Positions 12,608 through 24,970 of a stretch of 64,000 bases of DNA are shown one piece after another. The DNA lies in assembly GCA_964187785.1 (NCBI GenBank), contig OZ076409.1, positions 92,692,001 through 92,756,000 on the forward strand. The letters are read 5' to 3'. Below the pieces are notes generated by a model that saw nothing but the letters and a program-made list of their open reading frames with translations, was not told the DNA's origin and did not search any database. This DNA is from Amphiscolops sp. MND2022. Taxonomy: Eukaryota. Position numbers and translations under genes: made by a program. Each line of letters opens with the position of its first letter. The first letter of the stretch is position 1.

Positions 12608-13914
12608 TCAAATGTACACGACTGTGCCGAAATATTTTTTCAACTGTTCTAAAAATACCATCATCAGAATAGTCTGAGGACCCAATCTGATGAAAGCTGG
12701 AATGAATCCTTTGTAGAATGCAGTGGGCCCTACTTTCAGAGTATGGGTGAAGCATCCTATGAGACCGTTAAACTCGCCTGGTTTCGCATTCATCAACTTC
12801 GTTTTCATGACGTCAATCGGCATGGTAAGAAATGTCGCAATACCACCAGCCAGTGTAGATGAAACTAAATGACAAGGAACTCCATCCACCATCAAGCCCA
12901 CATGTATTACCTTTGTCTTTATGATGTCATAACATGCAATCTGGCCAATAGAAACCATCATTCCCCTAGAACTAGCCATGGAACACCCCCCGAAAAGACG
13001 TTTGGCACCTTCTTCGCGAATGATTCTAACAATACCATCCAACGCGTGTTTGTACTGTCGCCTTTGTTCCACCGGCAACTTTATATCGTTTTGCATTCTA
13101 ACGTTGATTAGGTCCGCGGGTGTTCCGATAAAGCCTCCGAAAAAGCCACCGGTTGCTGCTAAGGCTACTTTTGCAGATCCTGTGAGATCTTTGCCACTTG
13201 CGAGGTAGAAGTTTTTACAGGTTTCGTAAATACCAAACCTTGCAGTTGAGTAAGTCAGCTGTCTTAGCACTGAAGCACTTAGGCCATTATAAAGTCCAAG
13301 GACACCTTCAGTTTTAACGATGTTGACAAAGGTTCTGCTCATTGATTTCGACTCTTGTTGGCTAGATATTGTTTGCAAATGCACCTACAAACATCAGTAA
13401 AGAGAAACAGGTACATTTGAGACTCCTAATTTCGGCGATAGCTATCGTCTCAATTGCGACCAAATAAATTTTATGTAAACTGGTTTCCTTCTTTCCAAAA
13501 CCTCACTGAAAATGTCCAAACTTTTTTCAAAAGAACTTGTTGCAACTTGATTCATCATTTTCCAAGCATTTCAACCTTCAACCGAACTTTTTTGGTTGGG
13601 AAGGAAGGAAAGACTTTAAGATACCTTGAAAGGCTATATGAAACTCAAGGAGAAACTTTGAAGATCCAAAGGGTGCTACAATATCCAACATTTTAAAACT
13701 TTTTTCCAAACATTGTTGAGCGAAGTTTTTTGGTAGGAAGGAAAGACTTTTAGATAGCATGAAAACTCAAGCTACTTAAAACTCAATGACGACAAACTTT
13801 GACAAGATCCAAGGGGTGGGTGCAGGAAGCAGCCATTGCAGAAGCTAAGCCCCCGAAGTACCACTTGCCCACTCTTCGAACGCTTTTGCCATTCTCCTGG
13901 CTAGAGGGCGGCAT
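12608..13914 (-). CDS. SLC25A10: Mitochondrial dicarboxylate carrier, 2 exons (13914-13798, 13384-12608), 297 aa
   Basis: Exon 1 MPPSSQENGKSVRRVGKWYFGGLASAMAASCTHPLDLVK joins VHLQT through a phase-0 GT..AG intron (13797-13385); carrier signatures PLDLVK, PADLINVRMQ, PIDVMKTK; family motifs RQLTYSTARFG and VRMQNDIKLP. Confidence 0.92.
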
Positions 13915-14418
13915 TTTAGCTCACTCGTGCAGTCAAAATCAGAACCACATTGAAACCCAACTGAAAAACTAGCAGCTACTTTAGTCTGAAATGCACAGAG
14001 TAGCTAGAGTGCAAAACGAAGGTCAAAATGCATTATGAAAAACAGCTCCCTTGTGGTTCAGTAATTTTTTCATTAATGAAACGCGTTAAAATGGGAGACA
14101 TCTGGCTGGATCCTGTCCGAAAACGGTATTTCCAAAAATACACTGTGGTTCAGTAATACATTCCAAATTGTCGACTTTATACCACTTCTAGACAGATACC
14201 ATAAGTTTAGCAACAAGAACCTACGTCAATGCCACATTTTATCCTAATGTGAGACCAAAAAAGTTGACACTGAAAAAAGTTGCCTTAATCAGATTCGCTA
14301 CAGAATTCAGTCTACTTTGCAAAAACTTCGTGCTGAAACAGACTTCTATCTCACGGTAAAGATTTTTTGGTGGGAACTGAATTTGTCGATTGGGATCTCA
14401 TTGTAGTGGGTGACCAGG

Positions 14419-14930
14419 TAGTGTTCAAAACTGAAATTAAATTTCATATGATCCAGTTTGAGTATCGGTTTTAAATGTGAAATCAATTCAGTTTCAGTTA
14501 TCATTGTCTAGTTACTTTATTATATATTTCAGTTTCCGTTTTGTTTCAGTCTTTTTAACCGGCGCTTTTCTTAAGAAAAGAGTTGACTAAAGCCATGGCT
14601 TTTCATCAGTGTTTTTTTCGATACACCTGAAGTGACCAAAATAGTTCTACCAAAAGTTCTACAAAAGTTTGAGGCGCCAAATTGTACCTTTTGGCCCAGT
14701 GAACTGGACTATAACATTTGTTCCTTTTATAGCATAACATACAAAACTGGACGAGGCTAAAGGATCCCCCTTTGGCAATAGACAAAAACCTGCTAAAATA
14801 ATTTTGTTTCAGTTCTAGTTTTACTTGTTTTGGAAATTCAGTTTTAGTCACAGTTTCAGTATTTCCAAAATCGTTTCAGTACCTAGAGTTTCAGTTTCAA
14901 ATTCAAATTCAGTTTCAGTATTGAACACTA
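14419..14930. mobile_element. hAT-type MITE with TTTCAG repeats, containing a HINE 5' fragment (~14552-14650)
   Basis: TIR TAGTGTTCAAAACTGAAA / TTTCAGTATTGAACACTA; 8-bp TSD TGACCAGG/TGACCAGA; internal TTTTTAACCGGCGCTTTTC resembles the HINE 5' end. Confidence 0.8.
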
Positions 14931-16835
14931 TGACCAGATACTATAGTATCTTATCCTTGTCTCTTTACTCCCCTAACCTTGAATTTCATGGCACTTTTAC
15001 ATAGCTTCAATACCGTCAAAGCCTTGGAACTTTCTATAATGCGACTAAGATTTTTGAAATTCTCTTGTATGTACTTTTGTTTGACGTAAAATTTATATTG
15101 AAGTTTCAGAACTTTGTGATTGTCTATGAAGCTCATTACTGAATAACTCACTCGGCCAACAATATCGGGAATCATGTTCAGTCCTGGCAAAGAATCAATC
15201 TTTGTCGTATACCACTCGAGCCATGGCAACTTTTTGAACGAGCTGTTACACTTTCAGTTTTTATCTTGGTCTGTCTTTTTGTCATGTTGTTTTTACAAAA
15301 TATACATTCAAAAGTTGATCTGACAACAGAAACACTGTTTATATGGTAAGACAACATTGCTAAGTACAACTTCGATACTAGTTTAAGATTTGTTTAATGC
15401 AATGCATTATTTTTTCCAGTATGTACTTCAACAAAAACATGAAGTTTGAACAATTGCAAAAAACATACTTGTGATCAGACAAAGGTTTATTGAACGAGCG
15501 AATATGGAAGGCACTGAATTAGTAAATAATAAAATATGCAAGTATTATTTCACAAATTAACATTTATAGAAAAAATTTACAATAGTATTTCATCTGAATG
15601 TTATTGCATTTTATGCATTCAATGACTCAAATTTATCAACGAGATCCGTCTCAAGATGTTATCTTGCACATAATTGAAAGCATATTTGAAACAGATAGTA
15701 TTGTAAATTGAAAAATTCAAAATGAGATATTACAAAATCAGCACCCATTTAGGTTTCAGAATTTGGCCCTTGTAAAGTACAGGGACGAAATACTGGGATA
15801 AGCAAGCCGAGTCGAAGATAAGCAAAGATTATAATAAAGGACCACTCTATTGCCTCCAGAAAATATAACTTCTGTTATAAGATAACAAGTCTGGAACATA
15901 AGATAGCCAGTAATATAAGCAAACTATCGTTGAGCATTTTTCCCTGATTTAACGCCTGTATATTGAATGCAGATCCTTAGCTGTATTGATAGAAGTTCCA
16001 AATATGATACGAAGAATGGAATTTGTTAATGTAACGTCACAACTTTTGATAACCTACTCTTTCAAGGTGCATTTCCCAACTTTTTTCTCCAAGAACAATG
16101 TGGCTAAATGCGCATTGAGGGCAAGGTCCATAAAATTCTTCCTTTGAAATGCAAGACTTGGGCATCATATAACAACGGTACAACCGAATTGTGGCAAACG
16201 TAAAAAGGAACTATTTGCAATATATATTTGTCAGCAAGGTTGTTAATGATAGTCTTTTCACGAAGAATGTTTTAAACAAGTTTTTAACAAAAAATACTGT
16301 TTTTATATTTTTTTGCTCTTGGGAAAAATACCGTGGAAAACGATGTTAGGCACAAATGTGTTTCATTAATTGCCAAATAATGCATTGTACAAAAGTGTAA
16401 CAAATGAATTTGAATTCATTCACTTCATTGAAGTTTTTCCAGAAACCATCTTTCACACGAGATATTTTGATCTGGAAAAGGTAAAAAGTACCAAACAAAT
16501 TGAACAGTCTGAAACTAGACCACCATAAACAACTGTAAAGAAGTGTCTGAAAAACAGAAAAAACTGGTTTTTTTAAATGGTTCATTCATGTTTTTTTCTT
16601 GTGAATCTTTATTCATGAATAAAACAACAACCTTGTTTGTCAGATTAGCATCACTGTTAGGTATGTGTGGAAATTTTATACTGGAAAAGTTAATAGAAAT
16701 ATAAAATTGCGTCATCGTCCTCGAAAAGTAGCATGGGCAGAGCACTTTGTACATAATATAGCAACTGTGTAACTGGTATGTGGAGGAAATGACTCCTGAC
16801 TGATCCATCGATCATCAGGTTTGACGACAGGACAG

Positions 16836-19006
16836 TCACTTTGTCTTGTCTACTGCAGTGTTAAGTCTGGCTGTTAACTGCATGAGGTAAGCGGGCCTGG
16901 ACAAAGGCCATTCGTACAAACTGGTGTTGGCTTCGCGGAACTCTTCGGCGTAGGGATACGTAGGGTACACCCAACTAGAGGTCTTCCTCGCATCCACAAG
17001 GGCGTGGTAGTAATTGAAGCATAAAGTGCAAATAACAAGGGCTATCAAAATGTCAACAGAATAATGTTCTCTGGCGCAAATGATGAAAAAGACACCTGTG
17101 CCGTTGCAAATAATGATAATGAGCTTGAAAAACTTGAAGCGCTCTGGCAAGTATTGACAAATGAACAAGCAGAGTAGGGTCATGCCACTGGTGTGACCAG
17201 AGAACATGTAGTCACCGCAAATCTTGACCCCGTTCAAGTAGAGACCCCCGTGTAGGTACACGTCTACTGTGCGCTGCAAGTACTCGAAGGGCGTGGATGC
17301 AGTGATACCCTTGCATTCGATTGCAGTGTGAGGTATGGGTATGGTGGTGAGAAACATACTAGCCGCTCTGAGCAGGAAAACTGTTCCCGTGATTGTTGCG
17401 AGTCGGCACCATAGTAAGACACGGTCACTTCTGATGAACAGTGTCAGTAGGGCTGAAATCAACAAATGCCTTATTAGCTCTCGGGAAAATAAAATTGCTA
17501 TCTTATTTTCCCGACGCTGTTTGATGTTACTCCATTTTTATTCCTAATTTAAATAGAATTTAAATTATTAATTTAATTTAAAATAGCCATTACTACCTAC
17601 AATAATCCAAATCAACGGGAATTTAAATTATGCGTCAATTCGAGTGTCAATGAAAATGGTACTCGATTCAAATTTGAGGCGTGTTTGCACATGACGGTGT
17701 TTGAGTTCAGGTCGAAAACTAATGAATTCCCCAGACCGACTGAAGTGGCATTCTGTGTATCCTACGATCAGCCGTTTTCCAAGGCGTCTTTTATGTCGTC
17801 CGACAGAGAAAACCAGTTAAAAATGAGTACCTTAAAGAATCGACTAATTCTTTTTGGCACTGATTTATAATTTCATGATAATTTAAATTATGGCAATTTT
17901 TGTAATTAAAATTATGAAAAATCATTTACATTAACCTCAAGTTGACCCCCCTTAGGAAAATTCTGGATCCATCCAAAAATCGGTTGCTTAAACTTTAAGC
18001 CGTAATATCTCCTAAACTAATTAAGTCCGACAAACGATTTATAGCGCGTTCGCAAGAAGACAATCAGGGCTTTCAAATGGATTTTCGAACTGTTGCGCTG
18101 GGGGGCCGCTAGCGAAGGCCACTCGCGCGCAAAGTTTTTTGCACGAAGTCCTCCGCTAGCGTGTGGCTTCAGCAAACTGGCTCCGGACTTTGCGCCTAAA
18201 CTTTGCACGCGTCGTGTCTCTGATCGCTTTTCAGCATGTTTCAAAGTATGTTGGGGCCGTTTTGATCCAATACCAGTGGGATAAAAGGACCACAAACGAA
18301 AACTGGAAAAACGGAAAAGCTGCGCTAAAATTTCTATTGATTTTTTGGTCCCATTTTCTTGATTTCGAAGACATCGTGTCAATATTCCGTGAAAAGGCGC
18401 GGAATGCTATGCAATATTGTCTGAAAATCTTATTCAAGAGTTTTCTTTACCATACAATCAGCTGGTGTGTTTAGAAGTTTGCAGAAACTAAATGTACCGA
18501 ATTCGTACTATTGGTCAAGTTAGAGTTAATAGGAATGGACATCACTGATATAAGACGTCAAAACTTGGAATTGTCAGTTTCTCCTAACATTTTAAATTTC
18601 TCACGATGCCTCAAACTGCCTGTATCCATTTTATTCAAGCGCCGATGCATGTTGCTAAAAAAACTTAAAACGATTGCCATCATGATTGAAAAAAAAATAA
18701 GAAATAGGAAAACTAACCAATTGAGAGTAAAGAAAGGGCGCACACTTCAGAAAGTTCCATACCAAGGCCCAAAAGTTGCGGTGTAAATTGATGCACAAAG
18801 TCTTTAAGAGGAGTCTGGTTTTGTAGCGAAAGTAAATTATTATGTGCAACGACCATCATGAAACTGCAGACAAAAAGGCAAAGAAAAAAATAGGATGTAC
18901 AAAAAAGAAAATTTGAGTAATGATTCGGATCCATGATGTTCTTAGGGTTCCTCTGAGTCAGTACTGATTTCTTGGAGACGGATCGCTGCATCATCGCTGA
19001 TGCCAT
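16836..19006 (-). CDS. Sphingomyelin synthase family protein (SMSr/SAMD8-like catalytic domain), 2 exons (19006-18718, 17452-16836), ~301 aa
   Basis: PLKD, CGDYMFSGHT and AREHYSVD motifs plus several hydrophobic helices; phase-1 GT..AG intron 18717-17453 rebuilds a GCC (Ala) codon; an additional upstream exon cannot be excluded. Confidence 0.88.
18059..18208 (+). repeat. Intronic copy of the GC-rich repeat at 2520-2668
   Basis: Direct alignment with 2520-2668. Confidence 0.85.
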
Positions 19007-20012
19007 TAGGCATATACAAAGAGTAATGCTCTGGATAGCAAATTACTCTACCATAGGCCAACTGAAGTGAACGAACTGTGATTTCACACTCTGGTTGATA
19101 TCTAGACGGGAAACTCAAAGCATGTTGTGCAGTACACGCGGATCATTGACTAATTGCTCACTGTATTACATTTTCGTTATTTCAAGTCACCAAATCAAAC
19201 GACTTAAGTTTCAAGTATGCAGCTGAAGTAAATATACTTACAGCAATGAGTCAAAGCTACTTGAAGTCAAAATAATGAGAAAATTGTTAACCCTGTTGCT
19301 CCGAAACTGATACATTATAGTCGCCCATAAAAAGCGACGATGCCATTATTTCAGATAACTGCAGCAAACCTGCCCCTTTTGGAGCTCACTACTAATTTTG
19401 CAACTGAAAAAACCCAGAATATCAAATTTGCAAGTAAATTCTCAAAATTTATCAATTCCAAATAAGTTTTCAGGAAAAAATTTTCTCAAAAACATTTTCA
19501 ATTTTTGCTATAGTTTACAGCCTCAGTAATTTTGACTAGAAGCATCCAAATATTGGACTATAAACTTTTAAAATTCAATTGAAGCGGTAAAGACTTTTCG
19601 CATTTTTATTTATTAATATTATTATTAGGGCTTAGTACAATTAGTACACGGATTGTTGTCTTCCAAGTAATATTCAAGATAGTTCCACATCAATTTAAGC
19701 AGTCTCTGTCTCAGGTTTAGTGGGTTAAAACGTCAAGGTACCTCTATATTACATGGATTGCAAAGCAATCGAAGCTCTCAGAGAACAGCTAAAGCGCTGG
19801 TCGCGTCATGCTAATCTCAACTCTCTAATTAGAGACACGTTTGGATCGCTCGACTTGCCTTCAAAATGATTTAATCACAGGCTACAGCTATCACAAGAGG
19901 CGAGAAATGCAACAGCAATAATCTTTCAAATCAACTCCAAAGCTCGTCGTTTTTTTTCTCAAACTTTCGGGAAAGAAACATTTTCACTTCAAGAGTAAAT
20001 CTTTCAATTCCA

Positions 20013-20423
20013 GATTTCTCCAAACCGGATCGAAAGAAGGATCCAGAAGGAGGCTATTCATTGAGTCGAAATTAAACAAAAGTATTCAGAGCGCCGAAAT
20101 TAAAGTTAGCTATTCATCGCGTCGAAAAACTCCATATCAGCGATTATTTTCAGGTTATTATTTGAAGAGGTTAGCATATTTGTTGTATGGCTCGGTCGCT
20201 TCGCTCCCTTCCCCAAGTAGCAACATTGAGGCATGGCCATATGGCAAGTCGCTCCGCTTCGCTTCGCTCCTGCATTCAGGGCACTAGGGGTATGTGAACA
20301 TATCTGACTACGTTATAAAAATTTCGATCCGAGTTATTTCGATCCCATTCAAAAATTTGGTATGTCGACCTGAGGACTAACTCTGATTTTCGATCCCGTT
20401 CCTTCGACCTATTTCCGCCCACC
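20013..20423. mobile_element. Degenerate Mutator-like MITE with GGATCGAAA/TTTCGATCC arms and core A
   Basis: Core 20165-20318 aligns with 6183-6336; inverted GATCGAAA motifs on the two sides; TSD not convincing. Confidence 0.55.
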
Positions 20424-20675
20424 CATTTGACTCCTTTACCAGATGAAAATTAAATCGACTTTTGAAAACCTGGTAACTCACACTGGGATGTCGCAAATGT
20501 AACGGCAGTTTCCACTTCGTTGATGTGGGAAAAAATAACGATCGAAGAAATGGGAGCAGATGAAACATTATCCAAAAAGATGACTTGATACGCAGGGAAA
20601 TTCCTTGAATGTAGGTAAAAGCCTACATTACAACTGCTTGAATGTTCCTTTATATAAAAAGGGAATTAAGTCTTC

Positions 20676-23600
20676 TAGTAGTAGTAGTAGTAGTAGTAGA
20701 ATATGTTCAAGGTAACTTGACCGATTTTAGAAAGCTTTCCTGATTATATACATATATATATAAATTCTAAGAAAGAATGCCTCTATTTGCAGGCCATGGT
20801 TATACAAATATATGAAATTTACAAATCATGATCAAGATTTCTTTGCATCAGGTGAGTTTTAGTTTTCACAAATTACAGAAACGGGACGTTTTTTGATTAA
20901 GTCCAAGAGGTTAATCATATCACTATGGCTTTTTTTCTCAATAGTTCTTCAAATGACCCAAAATTTTCGTGATCCTTTCTCAGGTTATTGTAAAAACTGC
21001 AGTAAAAGATAAAATGCGAAGACGTCTCCTCGTGGTTGCAGATACAGAGTGGTGACGATTTTCTTGATAATTGGTATTGAAAATCTCGTGAACTGCATTG
21101 GTTTGTGAGCATCTTAATAATCAATTTGGTAGCCTGTTTTCTGAAAGATCTTGGTATCAATGGTTCTGTCGATTCTATTGGAGGGAATTCTGGCAATATA
21201 TTTCTGTCGGTGAGGATTCCGGACGTTTCGGTAGAAGACGTTTCGGCAAAAACATGGCGGCGGACGTTTCGGCAAAAAAAATATGCCGAAACGTCTCAGG
21301 CTAAAAAGATTTGCCGAAACGTTTCGTATGATATGTGGGGCATATCCGGTGTATGCAAGCTCGCCTTCACCGTCGCAAAGACCAGCTCCCACTACGATCG
21401 CTTCGCGACCTCCGTTCCCGGTAGGTCTTTGCTCCTGTTCGACCTCGCTTAGCAAGATGGGAATATAAGCGGCCCCAAGGGGCCGCGGGGCACTAGATAA
21501 AATTGGGACATATCCGAGGCACGTTTTATGCTTTGCATCATTCCTACAATAATGGTCTTATCGTTTTTCTTCAATTCCAGAATTTTATCTAACCAGTTTG
21601 AAGAAAACCAAAAACGAAACCAAGATAATACGGGACGTTTCGGCATGAAAAATTTGCCGAAACGTCTCGAGATTTTTTTTGCCGAAACGTCTTTGCCGAA
21701 ACGTCCTGCTCCCGTCGGCGATTCCATAATTCAATCTACCAGTGCCCGCTTTCTGAATCCTTCTTGGCTGTCATCGATCCAGCCCTCTCGCCTCCAAGTT
21801 ATTTTCAATCGTCTCCCTATCGTTCAAACAGCTTTCCTACGTAGGAAGTGACTGTAATTGGTCTGTAACTGTTTGCGTTATTATAGTCTGCTTTGTGAGG
21901 TTTTCCTAAATGACTTTTCTTGAATTCCAAATGTAGGTGCCTGCATGTAAACAGAAGTTAAAAAGCTTGAGACAGTCAATTTTGAAGAAACTTCCGGTGT
22001 GACGAAATATGAGTGGCTCTGAGTTTCATCTGGGTCGGAGGACTTCTTGCTTGTTTGAGATTCCTTCAGAGCGTTGTCAAGCTCTTCTTCGCTTATCTGT
22101 ATGCTCGGTGGCTGCACATAATCCGGATGGAGATTTGCCGTGAGTTTGTCTTCGACATTTCTCAGCCAAGATTCTCCAAACATATTTCCGTGGAGGTGAC
22201 TGGCGTAGAAAAACGTAGAGCGAAGATGTTCAAATTTATCAGCGTTCCTGTCTAGAACTTTGCCATTTGAAATAAGATATCCCATTGGTTTTGTTTCTCT
22301 GGTACGAGTAAACAAATTTTTGTCTTTCCAGAAATCTGAGCCCTTGCTGGCGTTTAGGGTTTCCGCACAAGTTTTATATTGCTCAGCTTTGGACTTCATC
22401 AAGGTAGTCTGAAATTGTTGTTTGAGGGTTTCATAATTGAAGGTCTTTATGGGGTCCGATCTGAGTTTCATTATTTTCTTCGCTTTTCGGAGTTGAAGTG
22501 AAAGCATTTTCAACTCTTCATTAAAGTATGGCTTTAAGTGTGAAGTGATTTGCTTGAGAGGTATAGTAAGATTGGCTGCTTCGCTGATAAATTGCAGCAA
22601 GATGCCCCATAAACATGTAGCATCATAGCATTCGTCAAACCGCCAAGGAGAAGAAAATTGGACACGCCCAAATCTTTTCCTTTTTTATTGCCAATCTAAT
22701 TTCATAGAGAACTCTTTTCATTTCTCCCATACTATTTGGACGTCAGTAAACTCCCCCTACTAGAAAGCTTTTCCTCGAGACGTTACAAATTTCCCAAGTA
22801 GAATGCTGGATTTCGATTTCAAGATTGAAAACTCTCGGCTTGATGTTGACATCGAGAGCTAAAAGAACTCCCCCTGATTGACCAGGGTTTGAAGAGGAAT
22901 TGTTTGGTATGGTTAAATATCCAGGAAATTCGGGTACTTCTGTATTTTGTTTCTTCGTCTCCATGACGCAGGAGATCTGTACGCTGTTCGTTAACATATA
23001 TTGGTGGACGATTCAATAGGAATGCTTTGAAAGTCCATTTATGTTAACCGTCATCGCTTTTAAGGATTTGTGCTTGTTGGGAGTGTTCGGTGGCCGTCAT
23101 TTTGGTTTTGATCGGTTATGTTTGAGTTTGGCCAACTAGCTTGGAATCGGGTATTGTTTTTGAGAGCAGAGTTCTTCTAATTTCTCTTGCTTGACTGGGC
23201 TGTACCTGGAAACTGCAGAGTGACTTCCACATTTTTCACACTTTTCGTTTTTCCTGTTGGTACAGTTCTTGTTATTATGGCCATCTTGCGAACAAATGCT
23301 ACAGTATTCGTGCCTCGATTTGCAGCAAGCTGAAATATGCCCAAATTTGAGGCATTTGAAACTTTGTACAACCTTGGGTGGGCGGTGTTCAATCTCTGGT
23401 TGAATCCAGAGGTTACCAATGCACACCACAGACGTGAGCGCACCTTGCGCTTGTTCATCATTTTCGAGGGTTATTTTCAGCAGTTTCAGTGGGGTATTGT
23501 CTTGTGTTTTCTTGCGGGTTACCATACTTCTTGGGATTTTTTTTGAAATTTCCTCCTGTAAATCTTTTTCATCAACACCTGTGTCTGGTACGTGATCTGG

Positions 23601-24550
23601 TAATGGTACGCCTTTGCGGATGAGGTTGAGTGGCCTCTTGGCTTTCGTCTTTCTGCACTCGGAGCCTCCAAAAAGGTTTTCTGGCCAATTTCTAATTATC
23701 TATTTGGCAGTGTTTTCATTCTCTGTTTCTACTTTTATACGCCCATCCGCAGTTTTCATTGTGTGCAGGAATTTAGTTCGTGGAAGTAGTGACTGAGGGC
23801 AGTTTTAATGCTGCTCGAGTCTCGTGCGTCATTGAAATTTCTGATTATATTTACAAGAAAGGAGTTTTTGGCGTCCCATGTGTTTTGTTGACGGGGCAGA
23901 CTTGTGCTTGACAGATTAAGCGCTTGTTTGACACGTTCAGCGTAATTGGCGTTCGTTTTCACTGTGTTCTCTAAATTATGCAATTTTTCCTGCGTGAAAA
24001 CTATTCTGGGTGCTATTTATTTTGACGGATCGTCGACACTGCTTTTGAGTTCTGATAAAGTGTTCTCACATTCTTGTGCGAGATGCATTCATCACATCGG
24101 TAGATTAAAGTTGGACTTTTCAAGATGCTAATTGTGAGGCAAGGAAAACTACATTTGGCATGGGCCCAATTTTGACAGCTATCACAGCATACACCTCCAG
24201 AGACTTCATTCTCGCAGATAGTGCAAGGAACTGTTTTCGGGTGATTTCCGGAATGTGCTTTTGCTCTTTTTTGTTTAACCATATTTGAATTGACCGGGCA
24301 GAGATTTTTGCAAGTAAGAAAACTCCAGACAAAAACGAAAAGGCACACGACTCGTGATACCTATCATAAGTATCTTAGGTATCATAGGTATCATAGGTAC
24401 CATGATGGTCTGGAGAAGACTATGGGCTTCACTGTCTCTTGTCGGCTTTCGGGCAAACTTGCTCGTCCACTTTTTGCCTCTCTCTAAAATCCCTGACGGG
24501 CTACCCAAACAGAACTTTTTGGATGAGAGGCTACCAACACCAACAACAAA
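20676..24550 (-). mobile_element. Decayed non-LTR retrotransposon (LINE): ORF1 with PHD finger and zinc knuckles, ORF2 with APE and partly deleted RT
   Basis: PHD CTIC...CDSCQNWAHAKC...YRCDEC (~24230-24090); CCHC knuckles 23200-23370; APE motifs MTVNINGL, CVMETK, SGGVLL; LKPYFNEEL; C-terminal CICNHEETSSHFIFYC; (TAC)n tail at 20676-20699; multiple stops and frameshifts. Confidence 0.85.
21214..21713. mobile_element. Mutator-like MITE with GGACGTTTCGGC arms and core B, inserted in LINE ORF2
   Basis: GG termini, inverted arrays GACGTTTCGGC/GCCGAAACGTC, TSD GTCGGTGA/GTCGGCGA (8-9 bp). Confidence 0.85.
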
Positions 24551-24635
24551 CAACAGCTGAAACAGATCAACAGCTGAAACAGATCAACAGCTGAAACAGA
24601 TCAACAGGTGAAACAGATCAACAGCTGAAACAGAT
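24551..24635. repeat. 17-bp minisatellite (CAACAGCTGAAACAGAT)x5
   Basis: Five tandem copies, one substitution in copy 4. Confidence 0.95.
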
Positions 24636-24970
24636 TTCCTGATTTTGTTGGGCTGAGAAAAGTAGATCAAGGATTTGATTTCAACAAAATAGCGGAAACG
24701 AAATTTACATGTTTCTTCTCATTTCATAAGACTTGATAACCGAACTATAGCAACAACGAGTTTGATTAATGCCTAGACGGATTGCAAGAATATCGGAGCT
24801 GTATTGTAATGGTCAGTACGTCAGGTCGCGACTTGGAAAAAAGGTCACTTTGTTTAGCTCTAATTCTTTGCTTTCGTGTCTAATCAGTTCAGGGGGTTGC
24901 CAATCAACAAGCAAACACACTTTTCAAAGCTAAATTCAAGTTTTTCTAATGAGAGAATGAAGAACGGGTG

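Noticed and set aside
13500..13775. Diverged direct repeats in the SLC25A10 intron as a hosted ncRNA
   Set aside because: Looks like a simple local duplication (GGAAGGAAAGACTTT...AAACTCAAG twice); no snoRNA boxes or stable hairpin seen
14951..16300. Short minus-strand ORFs between SLC25A10 and the SMSr-like gene
   Set aside because: No recognisable motif or convincing exon structure
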